A DNA stretch of 61,627 nucleotides, the filler included, from Candidatus Babelota bacterium (GTDB lineage Bacteria > JAGOBX01): NCBI GenBank assembly GCA_017999075.1. It is 7 parts of 7 records of this genome, joined end to end, with 100 filler letters (N's around TTAATTAATTAA, not from the genome) between each part and the next. Parts side by side here need not be neighbours in the genome. Positions count along the whole stretch, not along the records: positions 53,014 to 61,627 come from JAGOBX010000130.1; 6 more parts are not named here. The stretch is one strand, 5' to 3'. Below are positions 60,624-61,627 of this stretch, one piece after another. Numbering within the stretch: position 1 is the first letter of the stretch; each line of letters opens with the position of its first letter. Made by a program: the position numbers and the translations under genes. The notes beneath the pieces are model-generated. The model did not search any database, was not told the DNA's origin, and worked only from the letters and a program-made list of their open reading frames with translations.

Positions 60624-60644
60624 TATAACTGCTATATATCTTAT

Positions 60645-61625
60645 TTAATTGTTTATTTTAAAAACTGATTTTTCCAATATGTTTTGAGGTATTTTGAATT
60701 CTATGTCGCCAGCAGTTTTTTGATTTACAAAAATTTCGGTTTTAAAAAATTCGTTATTTAAAAAAGGCAAGTTTGAAGGAGGCGTTCCCTGTAATACTTT
60801 TATTATCATATCAGCAAATTCTTTTTCCTGTTCCAGCCTCTCCCGTGAAACGGATATAACATAATTATTTGAATTTTTAGAACTGTGCGAAAATCCGAAA
60901 ATAGGAATTTTTTTTGTTTGAGATAATTTTAATAATGACGGTAGTGTTATTTCTGAAAAACTGTCATATATGTGGATTATACAATCTATTTTTTTTTCAG
61001 ATAAAGAAGCAGACGCATCAGCTATTTCAGCTTGAGTAGAAAACCCTTCGGAAATAACCTTCATATTTTTTCTGTCAGCGGCATAAACAAGAAAATCTTT
61101 TTGAGCTGCTGATTCTGTATTTCCGATATTGAATAATGTTCCGATTCTTCTTATTTTAGAATTACATTCTTTAATTAAATCAAGTAGTATGTCTGTTGAC
61201 GGAGTATAATATATACCTGAAATATTAGGCAGGTGTTCTGTATCAGAATTCCCTGCGCCTAATATAAAAGGATTTGAAGTAAGCATGAATAATACGGGCA
61301 GATTCGGAGATCTGCGTACAGCTACATATAATGATTCTGAATGAAAAGTTATTATTAAATCTGATTTTTCTGATACTGCCGCATCTATCAGCATAGTTAA
61401 ATTTGTAATATCTCCCTGAGCAGATCTTGATCTTATTTCGAAATCAGTTCCTTCTCTTAATCCTTTTTCGATTAATGATTCTTTAATTTTTTGTTCAGTA
61501 GATTGGGCAAGATACTCAGTAAACCTTATAATATCAATTTTCTTTTTAGAAGAAAAAAATTGTTTTTTATTTGAAATAACACCATCGCTATTAGACTGCT
61601 TTTGAGGATTAGAACATGAAATAAA
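60645..61625 (-). CDS. ABC transporter substrate-binding lipoprotein (ABC_sub_bind family), 5'-truncated at window end
   Basis: The frame is open to the end of the window, with lipobox FIS-C and SAQGD; also NISG, IGTLFN, KIPIF, VNQKTA...IP. Confidence 0.82.
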   Translation of the reverse strand, partial: FISCSNPQKQSNSDGVISNKKQFFSSKKKIDIIRFTEYLAQSTEQKIKESLIEKGLREGTDFEIRSRSAQGDITNLTMLIDAAVSEKSDLIITFHSESLYVAVRRSPNLPVLFMLTSNPFILGAGNSDTEHLPNISGIYYTPSTDILLDLIKECNSKIRRIGTLFNIGNTESAAQKDFLVYAADRKNMKVISEGFSTQAEIADASASLSEKKIDCIIHIYDSFSEITLPSLLKLSQTKKIPIFGFSHSSKNSNNYVISVSRERLEQEKEFADMIIKVLQGTPPSNLPFLNNEFFKTEIFVNQKTAGDIEFKIPQNILEKSVFKINN

Positions 61626-61627
61626 AC

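Noticed and set aside
1..61627. CRISPR arrays, tRNA/rRNA, IS elements, integrases, prophage or recognisable anti-phage defence genes
   Set aside because: None seen; the intergenic regions are short and AT-rich with no regularly spaced repeats.

Overview
This window is not one continuous locus. It is seven separate ~8.6-8.8 kb contigs in decreasing size order (1-8805, 8906-17707, 17808-26553, 26654-35387, 35488-44192, 44293-52913, 53014-61627), joined by artificial 100-bp N44-TTAATTAATTAA-N44 linkers, so it is probably a draft or metagenome-assembled genome. The source is a very AT-rich bacterium. It looks diderm (outer-membrane barrels, T2SS-like genes) and flagellated, and it uses sigma54; I cannot assign a phylum. 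Most content is core or housekeeping: rsmB-family, rnc, gltX, pdxA, ispG, murC, yggS, hisB, lepB, tsaB, murJ, ispA, mtgA, hslUV, dprA and a flagellin. There are many signalling genes: two sigma54 activators, two histidine kinases, an OmpR regulator, a REC-REC-GAF-GGDEF protein and a pseudo-REC-PP2C. Two xanthine-dehydrogenase-family molybdoenzyme loci, an NfnB/GltD-like flavoprotein and several secreted or envelope proteins are also present. I found no tRNA, rRNA, CRISPR array, transposase, integrase or phage genes, and no unmistakable novel system. The best leads are: (1) a sigma28-driven flagellin with a very large acidic insertion and two CsrA-type GGA hairpins in its leader; (2) a 1502-aa O-antigen-ligase/TPR/Ig fusion in a possible surface-glycosylation locus; (3) a secreted protein with a T9SS/FlgD-like C-terminal domain; (4) an active/inactive DUF3857-transglutaminase pair; (5) an orphan Moco subunit coupled to a GAFTSA-variant sigma54 activator. 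All family calls are from motif recognition by eye, not database searches.
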